Below are positions 9,120 to 19,915 of a DNA stretch of 64,000 nt, piece by piece (the stretch's first letter is position 1; each line of letters starts with the position of its first letter). Made by a program: the position numbers and the translations under genes. Source of the DNA: Terriglobia bacterium. Its GTDB lineage: Bacteria; Acidobacteriota; Terriglobia; JAJPHL01; JAPKYU01. The DNA lies in the NCBI GenBank assembly GCA_965206645.1, contig CBDBKE010000002.1, positions 768,001-832,000 of the forward strand, given 5' to 3'. Below the pieces are notes generated by a model. That model ran no database searches, was not told the origin of the DNA, and saw nothing but the letters and a program-made list of their open reading frames with translations.

Positions 9120-10525
9120 GGTAGTGGGTCAGTTTCCGGGAAGCCGAGTCCGGTTAAAATTCAGGCTTCTCGGTAGGAATAGATCACAATAGGGCATACG
9201 TAGGGTAACTACTTTGCCAAACCTAACCGTCTCCCGGCGCAGACAGGTAGTCTTGGTGCTGGCGGCTCTGATCGCTACGGCGGGGGGGATCTGGAGCATC
9301 CACGATGCGCTCTTGCTGATGAGCTTGGTTTGCGCCGCTGGCCTGATCTGGTCCAACCGCGAGTGGAAAGCCTGGGCGCTGGCGGCAGTGATGGTGGCGG
9401 CAGGGCTGTGGTGGTCCAGTATCGATAGCAGGCGCTGCTCGGTATGGTGGAGAGGGAGCATTGTTTACGGAAAGCTTTCTGGACATCATTCCTACTTGGA
9501 ATGGAACGAGATCTGGAGTGGCGTTTTTGGCCTTTACTCCGGACCTTGTTGCCTGTGCGCGCCCTCCCGAATTGGGAGCGATCCGCTTTACGAAATGCAC
9601 ATGCAAGAAGTGACGCAAAGGCGGCTTTCCCAGCCCACGTATCAGGATCCAAAGAGGCTCAACAGGCACGAAGCGAAGATGTACTCGCAGGCCGGTGAGG
9701 ATGGCATTATAGCCGAGATCTTCCGCAGGATCGGCGTCACTAACAAGGTGTTTGTAGAAATCGGTTCTGGTGACGGTTACGAGAACAATACTGTTTTCCT
9801 GCTTTGTAATGCTTGGACTGGATTATGGATCGACGCGGACAGGAAGGCTGTGAATACTGTCCGAAAGAGTTTTGCGGTGGACATTCAATCGCGGCGGCTG
9901 GTCATCCTCAATGCGGTTGTCACGGCGGAAAACATTGAAGATCTCCTGGCCCGAGCCAATGTGCCGCCAGAGTTCGACTTGCTGTCCATCGACATTGACA
10001 GAAATGACTATTGGGTTTGGCAGAAGATCGAGCGATATCGTCCCGGAACAGTCGTCGTGGAGTACAATGAGAAATTCCCACCGGGAGTTGAATGGGTAGT
10101 AGAGTACGATGCGAACGCCTTCTGGGATGGCTCGGATCACTTTGGCGCGAGTTTGACGGCTCTCGAAATTCTTGGCCGCAGAAAGGGCTATCTGCTCGTT
10201 GGCTGCACCTTGGGCGGAGTGAATGCATTCTTTGTTCGCCAAGACCTTGTCGGCGACCGCTTCAGCGAACCCTATACAGCACTGAGCCATTACGAACCCT
10301 CCAGTCTTGACCTGCGAGGGCGGCCCTTGGCGTACCCTAGACGGCCATAGCCGCAAGCGCCGGTGCCCCTACCGACGACCGGGGGGTGATGCGGGGAAGC
10401 GTCTTAGCGAAAGAATTTTCGTCAGATTCGCCAGACAGGTCTCCACAAGTCGGTTAGCGTTTACCTATGCTGCCACGCAGTCCGCGTGGCCGTGTAACGC
10501 CCTTTCCGGAAACTGACCCACTACC
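9120..10525. mobile_element. Non-autonomous transposable cassette (IS1-like ends, passenger gene, no transposase)
   Basis: Left end GGTAGTGGGTCAGTTTCCGGGAAG (9120-9143) and right end CTTTCCGGAAACTGACCCACTACC (10502-10525) are 24-bp inverted repeats with 1 mismatch. AAAGCGAG is duplicated directly on both flanks (9112-9119, 10526-10533). Confidence 0.9.
9214..10350 (+). CDS. Membrane-anchored FkbM-like (class I SAM-dependent) methyltransferase, passenger of the cassette
   Basis: N-terminal hydrophobic helices, then YSQAGEDGII, FVEIGSGDG.ENNT, DLLSIDIDRNDY, GASL.AL, NAFFV. TTG start is uncertain. Confidence 0.7.
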   Translation: MPNLTVSRRRQVVLVLAALIATAGGIWSIHDALLLMSLVCAAGLIWSNREWKAWALAAVMVAAGLWWSSIDSRRCSVWWRGSIVYGKLSGHHSYLEWNEIWSGVFGLYSGPCCLCAPSRIGSDPLYEMHMQEVTQRRLSQPTYQDPKRLNRHEAKMYSQAGEDGIIAEIFRRIGVTNKVFVEIGSGDGYENNTVFLLCNAWTGLWIDADRKAVNTVRKSFAVDIQSRRLVILNAVVTAENIEDLLARANVPPEFDLLSIDIDRNDYWVWQKIERYRPGTVVVEYNEKFPPGVEWVVEYDANAFWDGSDHFGASLTALEILGRRKGYLLVGCTLGGVNAFFVRQDLVGDRFSEPYTALSHYEPSSLDLRGRPLAYPRRP

Positions 10526-10690
10526 AAAGCGAGTTCCGCCAGCGCAGCGCGACTGCTCCCGCCACTAACTTCTCGCCACCCCCGGCTCGCCCCTCCTGCG
10601 AGCCCCTCTGGCTCGGCCCTTTGGCACCGCCTCGCCCTTCGGGCCCAAGGTTCCGATTTCGGATATAATAACGGGAGGCGCGAGGCTGGC

Positions 10691-12313
10691 ATGAAAGTTC
10701 GGCAGGTCCTGGGGTTGGCGGCGGTGGCGTGGCTTCTGCTGGCCGGAGCAGCGCACAGCACCACCTGCATGATCCTCCCCTTCGAGAACCAGACGGGCGA
10801 TGCCCACCTGGAGTGGATCAGCGAGAGCTTCGCCGAAGGGCTGGCCGAGCGCTTGGATGGGCCCTCTTTTTACGTCGTCAGCCGCGAAGAACGCGCCGCG
10901 GCCTTCGATCTGCTGGGCATCCCCGCGGCCAGAATCCTGAGCCGGGCTACTATCCTCAAGCTGGCTGAAACCATCGATGCCGACTATGTCATCCTGGGCC
11001 AGTACTCTTTGGCGGCGCCCAACCAGCTTCAGGCCCGGGCGCGGCTGCTGGAAATGCACCCGCCGCGGCTGCGCTCCAAATTCACTCAGTCCAGGCCGCT
11101 GTCGGAGCTGCTGGTGCTGCAGGACCGTCTGGCAGTGGCGATTTCCCGCGCGCTGGAAGTCGGTCCCGGCAGCCTGCCGGGCGGCTTGGCTCCGATGCCC
11201 GAGCCGCGCGTCCGCCTCGACGCCTGGGAAAATTACATCCGAGGCTTGCTGGCATCCTCGCGCTCCGAGCAGGTGAAACTTTTTCGCGAAGCCGCGCGAA
11301 AAGACCGGAGCTTCGGTAGCGCCGCTCTGGAGTTGGGCAAGTTCTATTTCCAGAACCGCGACTGTCCGACTGCCATCCCCTGGCTCACTAAGCTGAAGAG
11401 CGGGAAAGCTGGCTTCTTGGAGGCCCGGTTCCTGTTGGGAATCTGTTGCTTCTCCCTCGAAAAGTACGAGAAGGCGGAAGCCGCCTTCCGGACAGTGGCC
11501 GAGCGTCTTCCCCTGAATGAGGCCTACAACAACCTGGGGGCGGCGCAGTCGCGGCGCAATCAGCCGGCGGCGCTGGACAGCTTTCGCAAAGCGGCCGAAG
11601 GGGACCCGGCTGACCCCGTCTACAGCTTCAATCTGGGTTACTGGCATTGGAAGTCGGGACAGTACGCCAGCGCCGCATGGCAATTTCGCTTGGCGCTGGA
11701 GAGAAATCCCGAGGATGGGCAGGTCCGTGCCTTGCTGGTGAAATCTCTTGAACGCGCCGGTAACATTGTGGAAGCTGCCAGGGAACGCCAGTTGCTGGTT
11801 GATGACCGCGCCGCCGTCCGGATCACCGACCTCGACGAGCAGGCCTTCCAGGGTCTGGAGCGCCTCAAAGAAAACTATCATGGCCGCAGGTTTCGCCAGC
11901 TTCAGTTGGTGTTAGAAATATTGAGGGAAGAAAGCCTGTCCCGCCTGCCGAGGGAGCAGCACGCTGAGTCGCACCTGGAGCGAGGTCGCGAACTGTTGGG
12001 TGAGACAAGGGACGCTGAGGCACTCGGCGAACTGCGCGAAGCCGTGCGGCTGAATCCGAATCAGGCGGAGGCCCATCTCCTACTGGGGTGGCTGCACGAA
12101 CGAGGTGGCCGTCGTGAAGAAGCGGTTCGAGAAGCGCGCCTGGCGCTGACCTCGGAAAATTCCTTGGAAGCCCACCTGCTACTGGCCAAGATCTATCTGG
12201 AACAGGAGCGGGTGGCCGAGGCGGAACAGCAAGCCCTGCAGGCGCTCGAAGTGGAGCCGGAGAATGTCGCCGCCCGCTCCGTGCTGGAAACGATCCAGAT
12301 GCGAACGCCGTGA
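10691..12313 (+). CDS. Secreted TPR protein with N-terminal TolB_N/FlgO-like domain
   Basis: Signal peptide; ILPFENQTGDAHLEWISESFAE; many TPR motifs. TATAAT and GGAGG upstream. Confidence 0.8.
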   Translation: MKVRQVLGLAAVAWLLLAGAAHSTTCMILPFENQTGDAHLEWISESFAEGLAERLDGPSFYVVSREERAAAFDLLGIPAARILSRATILKLAETIDADYVILGQYSLAAPNQLQARARLLEMHPPRLRSKFTQSRPLSELLVLQDRLAVAISRALEVGPGSLPGGLAPMPEPRVRLDAWENYIRGLLASSRSEQVKLFREAARKDRSFGSAALELGKFYFQNRDCPTAIPWLTKLKSGKAGFLEARFLLGICCFSLEKYEKAEAAFRTVAERLPLNEAYNNLGAAQSRRNQPAALDSFRKAAEGDPADPVYSFNLGYWHWKSGQYASAAWQFRLALERNPEDGQVRALLVKSLERAGNIVEAARERQLLVDDRAAVRITDLDEQAFQGLERLKENYHGRRFRQLQLVLEILREESLSRLPREQHAESHLERGRELLGETRDAEALGELREAVRLNPNQAEAHLLLGWLHERGGRREEAVREARLALTSENSLEAHLLLAKIYLEQERVAEAEQQALQALEVEPENVAARSVLETIQMRTP

Positions 12314-13731
12314 CAGAGAGAATGACACAGAGTATGCAGTTCGGAGCGGGAAATCCTCAGGCCTGGCGCCAGTGGCGTCACAGACTGTTTTTTCTGCTGC
12401 CGGTCATGGTGCTGCTGCTGAGGCTTCCAGCCGGCTCAGCCCCAGCCGCCTCAGCCCCGGCTGGCTCTGGCAATGCTACCGTCCTGAAGCTGGAACTGGA
12501 CACGATCGTCCACCCGCTCACCGCAGAGTATATCGAGCGTGGCTTGCAGGCTGCCGCAGCGCAACAGGCCGACGCGGTGTTACTGCGGTTGAACACCCCC
12601 GGCGGCCTGGACACCGCCATGCGGCGAATCATTGAGAAAATTCTTGCCTCGCCGGTGCCGGTGCTGGCTTGGGTTGGTCCGGGGGGAAGCCGGGCGGCAT
12701 CGGCCGGTTTTCTGATTCTGCTTTCGGCCGACGTGGCCGCCATGGCCCCTGGCACGAATACCGGTGCGGCCCACCCGGTGCTCATCGGCGGCCAGGAGAT
12801 GGACGAGTTGCTGCGGCAGAAGGTGGAGCAAGACGCCGCCGCCTACATCCGTTCCATCGCCGGCAAGCGCGGGCGCAACGCGGAACTGGCCGAGAAGGGG
12901 GTGCTGGAAAGCAAGTCCTTCACCGAAACTGAAGCGCTCGAGAATCGCCTGATTGAGGTGATTGCCGCTTCGCCGCAGGAGTTGATGAACAAGATGGAGG
13001 GGAAGACCATCCAGCGTTTTGGAGGCGAGTCGGTCACGCTCAACCTGGCCGGCGCCCAGCTGGTCGCCTACGAGCCCAGCGCCCGCTACCGCTTTCTGCG
13101 GCGGATCATTGATCCCAATATCGCCTTCATTCTGCTGGCATTGGGAGCTTTGGGCTTGTATGTTGAGTTTTCCAACCCCGGCCTGATCGTCCCCGGCGTC
13201 GCAGGCGGCATTCTGCTGTTACTGGGCATGTTTGCTTTGTCGCTGCTACCCATCAACTGGACGGGCGCCTTCCTGATCATTCTGGCTTTTGCCTTCTTCC
13301 TCTTGGAGGCCAAACTTATGAGCCATGGCGTGCTGGCCGCAGGTGGTATTCTGTCCATGATCCTGGGCGCACTCATCCTGGTGGATACTCCGATTCCGGA
13401 GATGAGAATCAAGTTGGTCACCGCTCTCTCCGTTGCCCTGCCCCTGGGCCTGATTACGGTATTCTTGCTCCGTCTGGCTTTCAAGGCATGGAAAAGCAAA
13501 GTTGTGACCGGAGATGTCGGGCTGCTGGACGACGTGGGGACCGCCCAGACCGACTTGGCGCCAGAGGGGAAGATTTTCATCCAAGGAGAAATCTGGAAGG
13601 CGGTCAGCAGCTCGCCGTTGCCGCGCGGCACCCGGGTGCGGGTGCGGGCCATTGAGGGCCTGCTGCTGCGGGTGGAACCAGACGGCAGCGGACCCTCAGT
13701 CCCGGCGGAGCAAACTCGGCCCCGAATCTAA
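12310..13731 (+). CDS. nfeD: NfeD family membrane-bound serine protease (ClpP class)
   Basis: [25 protein letters not shown] region, C-terminal OB fold ([12 protein letters not shown]). Start uncertain. Confidence 0.92.
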   Translation: MTERMTQSMQFGAGNPQAWRQWRHRLFFLLPVMVLLLRLPAGSAPAASAPAGSGNATVLKLELDTIVHPLTAEYIERGLQAAAAQQADAVLLRLNTPGGLDTAMRRIIEKILASPVPVLAWVGPGGSRAASAGFLILLSADVAAMAPGTNTGAAHPVLIGGQEMDELLRQKVEQDAAAYIRSIAGKRGRNAELAEKGVLESKSFTETEALENRLIEVIAASPQELMNKMEGKTIQRFGGESVTLNLAGAQLVAYEPSARYRFLRRIIDPNIAFILLALGALGLYVEFSNPGLIVPGVAGGILLLLGMFALSLLPINWTGAFLIILAFAFFLLEAKLMSHGVLAAGGILSMILGALILVDTPIPEMRIKLVTALSVALPLGLITVFLLRLAFKAWKSKVVTGDVGLLDDVGTAQTDLAPEGKIFIQGEIWKAVSSSPLPRGTRVRVRAIEGLLLRVEPDGSGPSVPAEQTRPRI

Positions 13732-13757
13732 TCCTACTATTTTGCACGGAGGTGCAT

Positions 13758-14528
13758 ATGTTCGGACTCGGTCCCCTAGGGGTTGTAGCGGTCATTCTTG
13801 CTATCTACTTCCTCAACTCGATCAACATCTTGAAGGAGTACGAGCGTGGGGTCATCTTCCGCCTGGGGCGCCTGCTAGAGAAGGCTAAAGGCCCCGGCCT
13901 GATCTTTGTCTTTTGGCCGCTTGATCAAATAGTGCGCGTCCCGCTGCGGATCGAAACCATGGACATCCCGCCGCAGGACGTCATCACCCGCGACAACGTC
14001 ACTCTCAAGGTGAACGCCGTGCTGTACTTCCGGGTGATGAATGCGCCCGACGCGGTGGTGAAGGTGACCAACTACCTGTACGCCACCTCGCAGCTGGCGC
14101 AGACCACCTTGCGCAGCGTCTTGGGCGAGGTGGAATTGGATGAGCTGCTTGCCCGGCGCGAAAAGCTGAACAGCCGGCTGCAAACCATTCTCGATGAGGA
14201 CACCGAACCGTGGGGGATCAAGGTGACCAAGGTCGAAGTGAAGCAGGTGGACCTGCCCGACGAGATGAAGCGTGCCATCGCCAAGCAGGCCGAAGCGGAA
14301 CGGGAACGCCGCGCCAAGATTATTCACGCCGAAGGCGAATTTCAGGCTGCCTCGCGCCTCACAGCGGCCGCGGCCATCATCGCCGAGCAGCCAGCGGCCG
14401 TCACACTGCGCTACTTGCAGACGCTCACCGAAATCGGTGTGGAGCGGAACACCACCATTGTTTTCCCCCTGCCGGTGGACATTCTTTCCGCCTTCCAGGG
14501 CAAGAAAAAGGAGAGCACCGGCACCTAG
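13758..14528 (+). CDS. SPFH/stomatin (slipin) family protein
   Basis: [43 protein letters not shown]. Canonical partner of nfeD. Confidence 0.95.
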   Translation: MFGLGPLGVVAVILAIYFLNSINILKEYERGVIFRLGRLLEKAKGPGLIFVFWPLDQIVRVPLRIETMDIPPQDVITRDNVTLKVNAVLYFRVMNAPDAVVKVTNYLYATSQLAQTTLRSVLGEVELDELLARREKLNSRLQTILDEDTEPWGIKVTKVEVKQVDLPDEMKRAIAKQAEAERERRAKIIHAEGEFQAASRLTAAAAIIAEQPAAVTLRYLQTLTEIGVERNTTIVFPLPVDILSAFQGKKKESTGT

Positions 14529-14668
14529 CAGGTGCGCACTGTGGAATGCGGGGGTTGGAATTCCCGCTCGACAATCCAAGAAGCGGGCCAAGAAGCACGT
14601 TGCAATGTGCCTTTCTGGTGACCGGGCCACCCAGGTCTCTCTCGCAGGATTACGAGTAGAATACGGTC

Positions 14669-15235
14669 ATGCGTACAGGAGCGCAGGGGCAATACGACGT
14701 CGTACTGGAAAACCGCCAAATCACGATCATCTTCTTCGCCGTGGTCGTCTTGTGCGCGGTATTCTTCGCTCTCGGCTACATCGTGGGGAAGAACACGACA
14801 GGCTATATTGGACCGGCTGGAGCAGGCGTGACACCCGTCCCAGGAGAGAGCAGCGCCCTCGCTCGGGCCGGCGTTGCTGACCCGACGAATGTCCAGGCGG
14901 CTTCTGCCCTTCCGGCCTCCGAGTTGAATTTCCAGCAGGCGCTGGAGAAGAAGGGATCCCCGGCCAGGTTGCAGACCCGGTCGAGCACTCGTCCCGCTGC
15001 TGCAGTTACGACAGGGCCGGCTGTCCACCTCCAGGTGGCTGCCCTCAGCAAGAAGCAGGACGCCGAAGCGCTGCTCAGCCTGTTGAGGAGCAAGGGGTTT
15101 TCGGTGGTTCTGGTCACCTCGCAAGCCGACCGCCTGTATCGCGTGCAAGTGGGTCCGTTCACTTCAGACAGAGGGGTCGAGCGGGCGAAGCAGCGTTTGC
15201 AACAGGAAGGCTTCAAGACCATCACGAAGAAATGA
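14669..15235 (+). CDS. SPOR-domain cell division protein (DedD/FtsN-like)
   Basis: One TM helix, then a SPOR domain (LQVAAL...YRVQVGPF). Confidence 0.88.
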   Translation: MRTGAQGQYDVVLENRQITIIFFAVVVLCAVFFALGYIVGKNTTGYIGPAGAGVTPVPGESSALARAGVADPTNVQAASALPASELNFQQALEKKGSPARLQTRSSTRPAAAVTTGPAVHLQVAALSKKQDAEALLSLLRSKGFSVVLVTSQADRLYRVQVGPFTSDRGVERAKQRLQQEGFKTITKK

Positions 15236-15248
15236 TGGCACCAAGATA

Positions 15249-16139
15249 ATGATGGCCGGGCGACTCCCGGATTGGGTCCGAAATCCTCAAACCAACTGGA
15301 TAGCTCTACACCAGCTCAAAGCTGGACTCCGCCGGCACCGCCTGCACACGGTCTGCGAGTCGGCTCGGTGTCCCAACCTCCATGAATGCTTTGCCCGCGG
15401 CTCGGCTACCTTCATGATTCTGGGCAACACCTGCACGCGCAGTTGCGGCTTCTGCGCGGTGCCACGAGGGCGGCCGGAGACGCTGGACTCCGAGGAACCG
15501 GAAAATGTGGCGCGCATGGCGGCCAGCATGGGCCTGCGCTACGTGGTCATCACCAGCGTCAACCGCGATGAGCTGTCTGACGGAGGCGCCACCCATTGGG
15601 CCGCCACCATCTCCGCCTTGCGCCGGCAGCTGACGTCGGCGCGAGTGGAAGTGCTGACGCCGGATTTCTGCGGCAACCGGGAGGCACTGGCGAGGGTGGT
15701 GGCCGCCGGCCCCGATGTTTACAACCACAACATGGAGACGGTGGCGCGCCTCTATTGCCGGGTTCGGCCGCAAGCTGACTACCATCGCTCCTTGCAGCTA
15801 CTGGCCGCCGTTCGACAGCTGGCGCCTGCAATGCTGACCAAGTCCGGCTTCATGCTGGGGCTGGGAGAGTCGCATGGGGAAGTGAAGCAACTGCTCGATG
15901 ACCTGCGCGCCGTGGATTGCGACGTGGTCACCATTGGCCAGTACCTTCAGCCGACCCGCCGGAACCTGCCGGTGGTCGAATACTTGCTTCCGGAAAAGTT
16001 CACCGACTACCGCGACTACGGTCTTTCACTGGGCTTCCGGGCCGTCTTCAGCGGCCCGCTGGTGCGCAGTTCTTACATGGCCGACCAAGTTCTTGATTCC
16101 TTTGAAGCAAGAGCACCACTGGGCGGGTCTGACAATTAA
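15249..16139 (+). CDS. lipA: Lipoyl synthase
   Basis: TVCESARCPNLHEC, CTRSCGFC, TIGQYLQP, GPLVRSSY. Confidence 0.97.
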   Translation: MMAGRLPDWVRNPQTNWIALHQLKAGLRRHRLHTVCESARCPNLHECFARGSATFMILGNTCTRSCGFCAVPRGRPETLDSEEPENVARMAASMGLRYVVITSVNRDELSDGGATHWAATISALRRQLTSARVEVLTPDFCGNREALARVVAAGPDVYNHNMETVARLYCRVRPQADYHRSLQLLAAVRQLAPAMLTKSGFMLGLGESHGEVKQLLDDLRAVDCDVVTIGQYLQPTRRNLPVVEYLLPEKFTDYRDYGLSLGFRAVFSGPLVRSSYMADQVLDSFEARAPLGGSDN

Positions 16140-16270
16140 CCAGATCCTAGTGGTGAATTGAGCAAGCTGTCCCTTGCTGATCCAGATAAAATCGAAACTC
16201 GCGGGACTGCTTCCGAGCATGTCAGAATCCGCAAGATCCGCCTAGTCCACCGATCCTGAGGAGGCCACCG

Positions 16271-17803
16271 GTGCCGATCCGTCTGCGTCCCTGGTTCCTG
16301 AGCGTTGCCAGTGGCTTGCTGCTGGTGGCAGCGTTTCCGAAATGGAATCTGGGGTTCCTGGCCTGGGTTGCGCTGGTCCCGCTGCTGCTCGTCCTCGAGC
16401 GCGCCCCTCGTGTACGCACGGCTTTTGGCCTGGGCTACCTCTGCGGCGCGGTGTTCTTCGGCGGCACGATCTACTGGGTTCGCTTGGTGATGCTCGAGTA
16501 CGGGGGACTGGGCCAGGCGGCCGCCGCCGGAGTTTTGCTGGTGTTTGTGGCCGTGCTGGCCTGCTTCTTCGGTGCGTTCGCTGCGCTGGCCCGTCTGCTA
16601 CTGGCTCTGCCGGAGAGGTACATCCTGTGGGGCCTGCCGGCACTGTGGGTGGGCGTAGAACTTCTGCGGGCGCACCTGTTCACAGGCTTCCCCTGGCTGC
16701 TGCTGGGCTACGCGCTGGCCGAACACTTGTTGCCTGTACAACTGGCGCGGCTGGGCGGCGTCTACCTGCTGTCGTTTGTGGTGGTGCTCTTCAATACCGG
16801 CATCCTTCTGATGATGCGCAAGCCAACCCGGCGGCGCGGCATGGCGCTGGCGGCAGCCTTTTTTGTGCTGGCCGCCGCATCTTTGGGGGGCACCCTGCTG
16901 CCCACGCCAGAGGCGCCGGAGACGGCCTACCTGGTCCAGGCCCAGGCCTCGCTGGCCGAAGAATGGACTGTGGCGTCGGTTTACAAACTGTTCGCGGACC
17001 TGGAAGTCCGCGTCCTGGCGGCCTACGCGCGCAACCAGTCGCGCTCCGGCCTGGTGCTCTGGCCAGAAATTCCGGCCTCGTTTTACTACCACGAAGACCC
17101 GTTGCTTCGGGAGCGCCTGCATCACCTGGCCCGCCTCACACAGAGCCATCATCTGGTTAACGTCGTTGCTTTTGCCGACGCCGAACGGAAAGAACCGCTG
17201 AATTCCGCGGTGCTGATCAGCCCGGCCGGCGAGTTCCTCGGCCGGTATGATAAAATTCATCTGGTCCCTTTCGGCGAGTACGTTCCGCTGAGGAATCTGT
17301 TTTTCTTTGCGGGCAAGCTCACCGCCGAGGTGGGGGACTTTGTGCCGGGCACGCGGCCAGTGCCGCTGGGCGACCGACACCCGGTGGCCGCGCTGATTTG
17401 CTACGAGGGCATTTTCCCGGACCTGGTGCGGCAGTTCAGCGCCGGCGGCGCCGAACTGCTGGTGAATCTCTCGAACGACAGCTGGTACGGGGATTCGGCG
17501 GCGCGCCACCAGTTGCTGTTGATGTCGCGGCTGCGGGCAATTGAGAACGGCCGCTGGTTGCTGCGGGCCACCAACACGGGGATTACAGTGATCGTAGATC
17601 CCTACGGCCGGCTACAGACCTTCCCCCCGGACCAGCGGGCTGCCTTCACCGGTAAGTTTGGTTATTTGGGTGGCCGGACGCCCTACGTGGCCTTTGGCCA
17701 CTGGTTCCCGGTGCTGGCGGCTGCGGCCGCCCTGGTCCTGCTGGTGAAGGCCGCGCGGTTGCGGAAGAGCCGGGTACCTGAGAAAGCTGGAGGTGCTTCA
17801 TGA
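16271..17803 (+). CDS. lnt: Apolipoprotein N-acyltransferase
   Basis: TGFPWLLLGY, WPE, YDKIHLVPFGEYVP, ICYEGIF, NDSWYG, RAIENGR. Confidence 0.96.
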   Translation: MPIRLRPWFLSVASGLLLVAAFPKWNLGFLAWVALVPLLLVLERAPRVRTAFGLGYLCGAVFFGGTIYWVRLVMLEYGGLGQAAAAGVLLVFVAVLACFFGAFAALARLLLALPERYILWGLPALWVGVELLRAHLFTGFPWLLLGYALAEHLLPVQLARLGGVYLLSFVVVLFNTGILLMMRKPTRRRGMALAAAFFVLAAASLGGTLLPTPEAPETAYLVQAQASLAEEWTVASVYKLFADLEVRVLAAYARNQSRSGLVLWPEIPASFYYHEDPLLRERLHHLARLTQSHHLVNVVAFADAERKEPLNSAVLISPAGEFLGRYDKIHLVPFGEYVPLRNLFFFAGKLTAEVGDFVPGTRPVPLGDRHPVAALICYEGIFPDLVRQFSAGGAELLVNLSNDSWYGDSAARHQLLLMSRLRAIENGRWLLRATNTGITVIVDPYGRLQTFPPDQRAAFTGKFGYLGGRTPYVAFGHWFPVLAAAAALVLLVKAARLRKSRVPEKAGGAS

Positions 17804-18916
17804 TGATGGAAGAATTGCAACGCAACTACGACACGCTTCAGGAGAAAATCCGCGACGTGCGGAGCTTTCTTTGACACTCCGGCGCGCAGCAAAGAGTTAG
17901 CCGAAATCGAGCAGCGGATTTCCCGCCCTGAGTTCTGGCAGAACCCGGAACAATCCCAGAAAGTCCTGCAGGCGCGGAAGCGCCTGACCGACGTGGTGGA
18001 AACGGACCGCGAACTGGTCCGGCGCCTCTCCGACCTGGACACGTTTTTCGAACTGGCCCGCGAAGGGGAGGATGTCTCCGGCGAGTTACGTCAGGAACTC
18101 GAGCGGCTGCAAGGGGAAGTGGACCGGCTGGAGACACGCACCTTGCTGGCCGGGGAGCACGACGCCCGCAACGCCATCGTCACCATCCACCCCGGGGCCG
18201 GCGGCACCGAGTCGCAGGATTGGGCCCAGATGCTGCTCCGCATGTACCTGCGCTGGGCCGAGCGGCAGGGCTTCCACACCGCCGTCAACGACCTGCAGGC
18301 CGGCGAGGAAGCTGGGATCAAGTCGGCCACCTTCACTGTCACAGGTGACTACGCCTACGGGCTGTTGCAGTCCGAGATCGGCGTGCATCGCCTGGTGCGC
18401 ATCTCTCCCTTTGACCAGGCAGCGCGACGTCACACCTCCTTTGCGTCGGTGTTTGTCTCGCCGGAAATTGACGACACCATTCAGGTGAACATCCGCGAAG
18501 AGGAGTTGCGCATTGACACCTTTTGCTCCTCCGGCCCCGGCGGTCAGGGAGTGAACACCACCTACTCGGCGGTGCGCATCACCCACCTGCCCACGGGCAC
18601 CGTCGTGCAGTGCCAGAATGAGCGCTCCCAGCACAAGAACCGCGACGTGGCCATGAAGATTCTCCGCTCGCGCCTCTATGAATTGGAGCTGGAGAAGAAG
18701 CGCGAGGAAGCGCGGCGAGTGGAGGATTCCAAACTGGATATTAATTTCGGCAGCCAGATCCGCTCCTATGTGCTGGCGCCTTACCGGATGGTCAAGGACC
18801 TCCGCACCAGGGTGGAGATTGGCGACGTGGATCGTGTCCTGGACGGGGGCCTGGAGCCGTTGGTCCGCGCCTACCTGCTGGCACGCCGTCCCGGTACCAG
18901 CAGCAAGCCCGCATAA
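17800..18916 (+). CDS. prfB: Peptide chain release factor 2 with programmed +1 frameshift (join 17800-17871, 17873-18916)
   Basis: 24-codon first frame ends CTT TGA C (17869-17875) with SD-like GGAG just upstream. Second frame has SPF, GGQ and GSQIRSY. Confidence 0.96.
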
Positions 18917-18934
18917 GCCGCCACAGAGTGAACA

Positions 18935-19852
18935 CTAGGTTTCGCTTTCCAGCACAGCGGCCAATCGATTTTCCAGAATGAGCTGAGAGTCGAAATTTGC
19001 AATTTTCAGGGACGCAGCCGTGGCCGTCTCCAGGGCCTTCCTCGGGATGAGACCAACAATCTCGCTGTCGACCACGACCGCGCCGCAACGTGCTGCCTCG
19101 CTCTCCACGGCCTGGAACACGCGGTGGATGGGCGTCTGCTTAAAATCGGTGAGATTCATGGAAACCTGCGCGAGATTACGCGACTTCAGTTCCACTCCCA
19201 TGGCCTTTACGTAGGGCAGGCCGCCGCTGGAGGCGCGAACTGCCCGGGCCACTTTCTTAGCCACCTGCACATCGGCTGTGTTCAAGACAATGTTGTAGGC
19301 GATCAGGAACTTTCGCGCACCGACGACGGTGGCACCGGCGGTAGGATGCACGCGCGGCTCGCCGAAATCCGGACGGCGTTCTTCGCTGGCAGCGATCTCC
19401 TGGCGGAGACTTTCGAACTCCCCGCGCCGGATGCTTTCCAGGTTGTGTCGCTGGGAGCGCATCGCGGCCGCTTCGTAGAGATACACGGGCACGCCGAGTT
19501 GCTCCCAGATCTGCTGGCCCACCCGGCGGGCCAGCGCCACGCAGTCTTGCAGCGTGACGCCCTCCAGCGGCACGAAGGGCACCACATCGGCCGCACCCAG
19601 GCGCGGGTGCACGCCGCGCTGCTGGTTCAGGTCAATCACCTCGACGGCGCGGGCCACGCCTCGCACCGCAGCTTCCCCCACGCTCTCCGGGCTGCCCACA
19701 AAGGTGATCACCGAGCGGTTGTGGTCTGCATCCATTTCGCACCGCAGGACGTAGACGCCGGCCACGCTGCGGATTGCCTCTGCGATGGCCTGCACCTTGG
19801 CCGCGTCACGCCCCTCGCTGAAATTGGGCACGCATTCCACGAGCGTCCGCAT
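18935..19852 (-). CDS. ftcD: Glutamate formimidoyltransferase
   Basis: ECVPNFSEGRD, DADHNRSVIT, HPRLGAADVVPFVP, AQVSMNLTDF. Confidence 0.93.
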   Translation of the reverse strand: MRTLVECVPNFSEGRDAAKVQAIAEAIRSVAGVYVLRCEMDADHNRSVITFVGSPESVGEAAVRGVARAVEVIDLNQQRGVHPRLGAADVVPFVPLEGVTLQDCVALARRVGQQIWEQLGVPVYLYEAAAMRSQRHNLESIRRGEFESLRQEIAASEERRPDFGEPRVHPTAGATVVGARKFLIAYNIVLNTADVQVAKKVARAVRASSGGLPYVKAMGVELKSRNLAQVSMNLTDFKQTPIHRVFQAVESEAARCGAVVVDSEIVGLIPRKALETATAASLKIANFDSQLILENRLAAVLESET

Positions 19853-19915
19853 GGGTACGACCACTCCGCTTAGCATGTGCTAGAATCCGGCCAGTGAGCA
19901 AGGAGGGAGCCCGAG

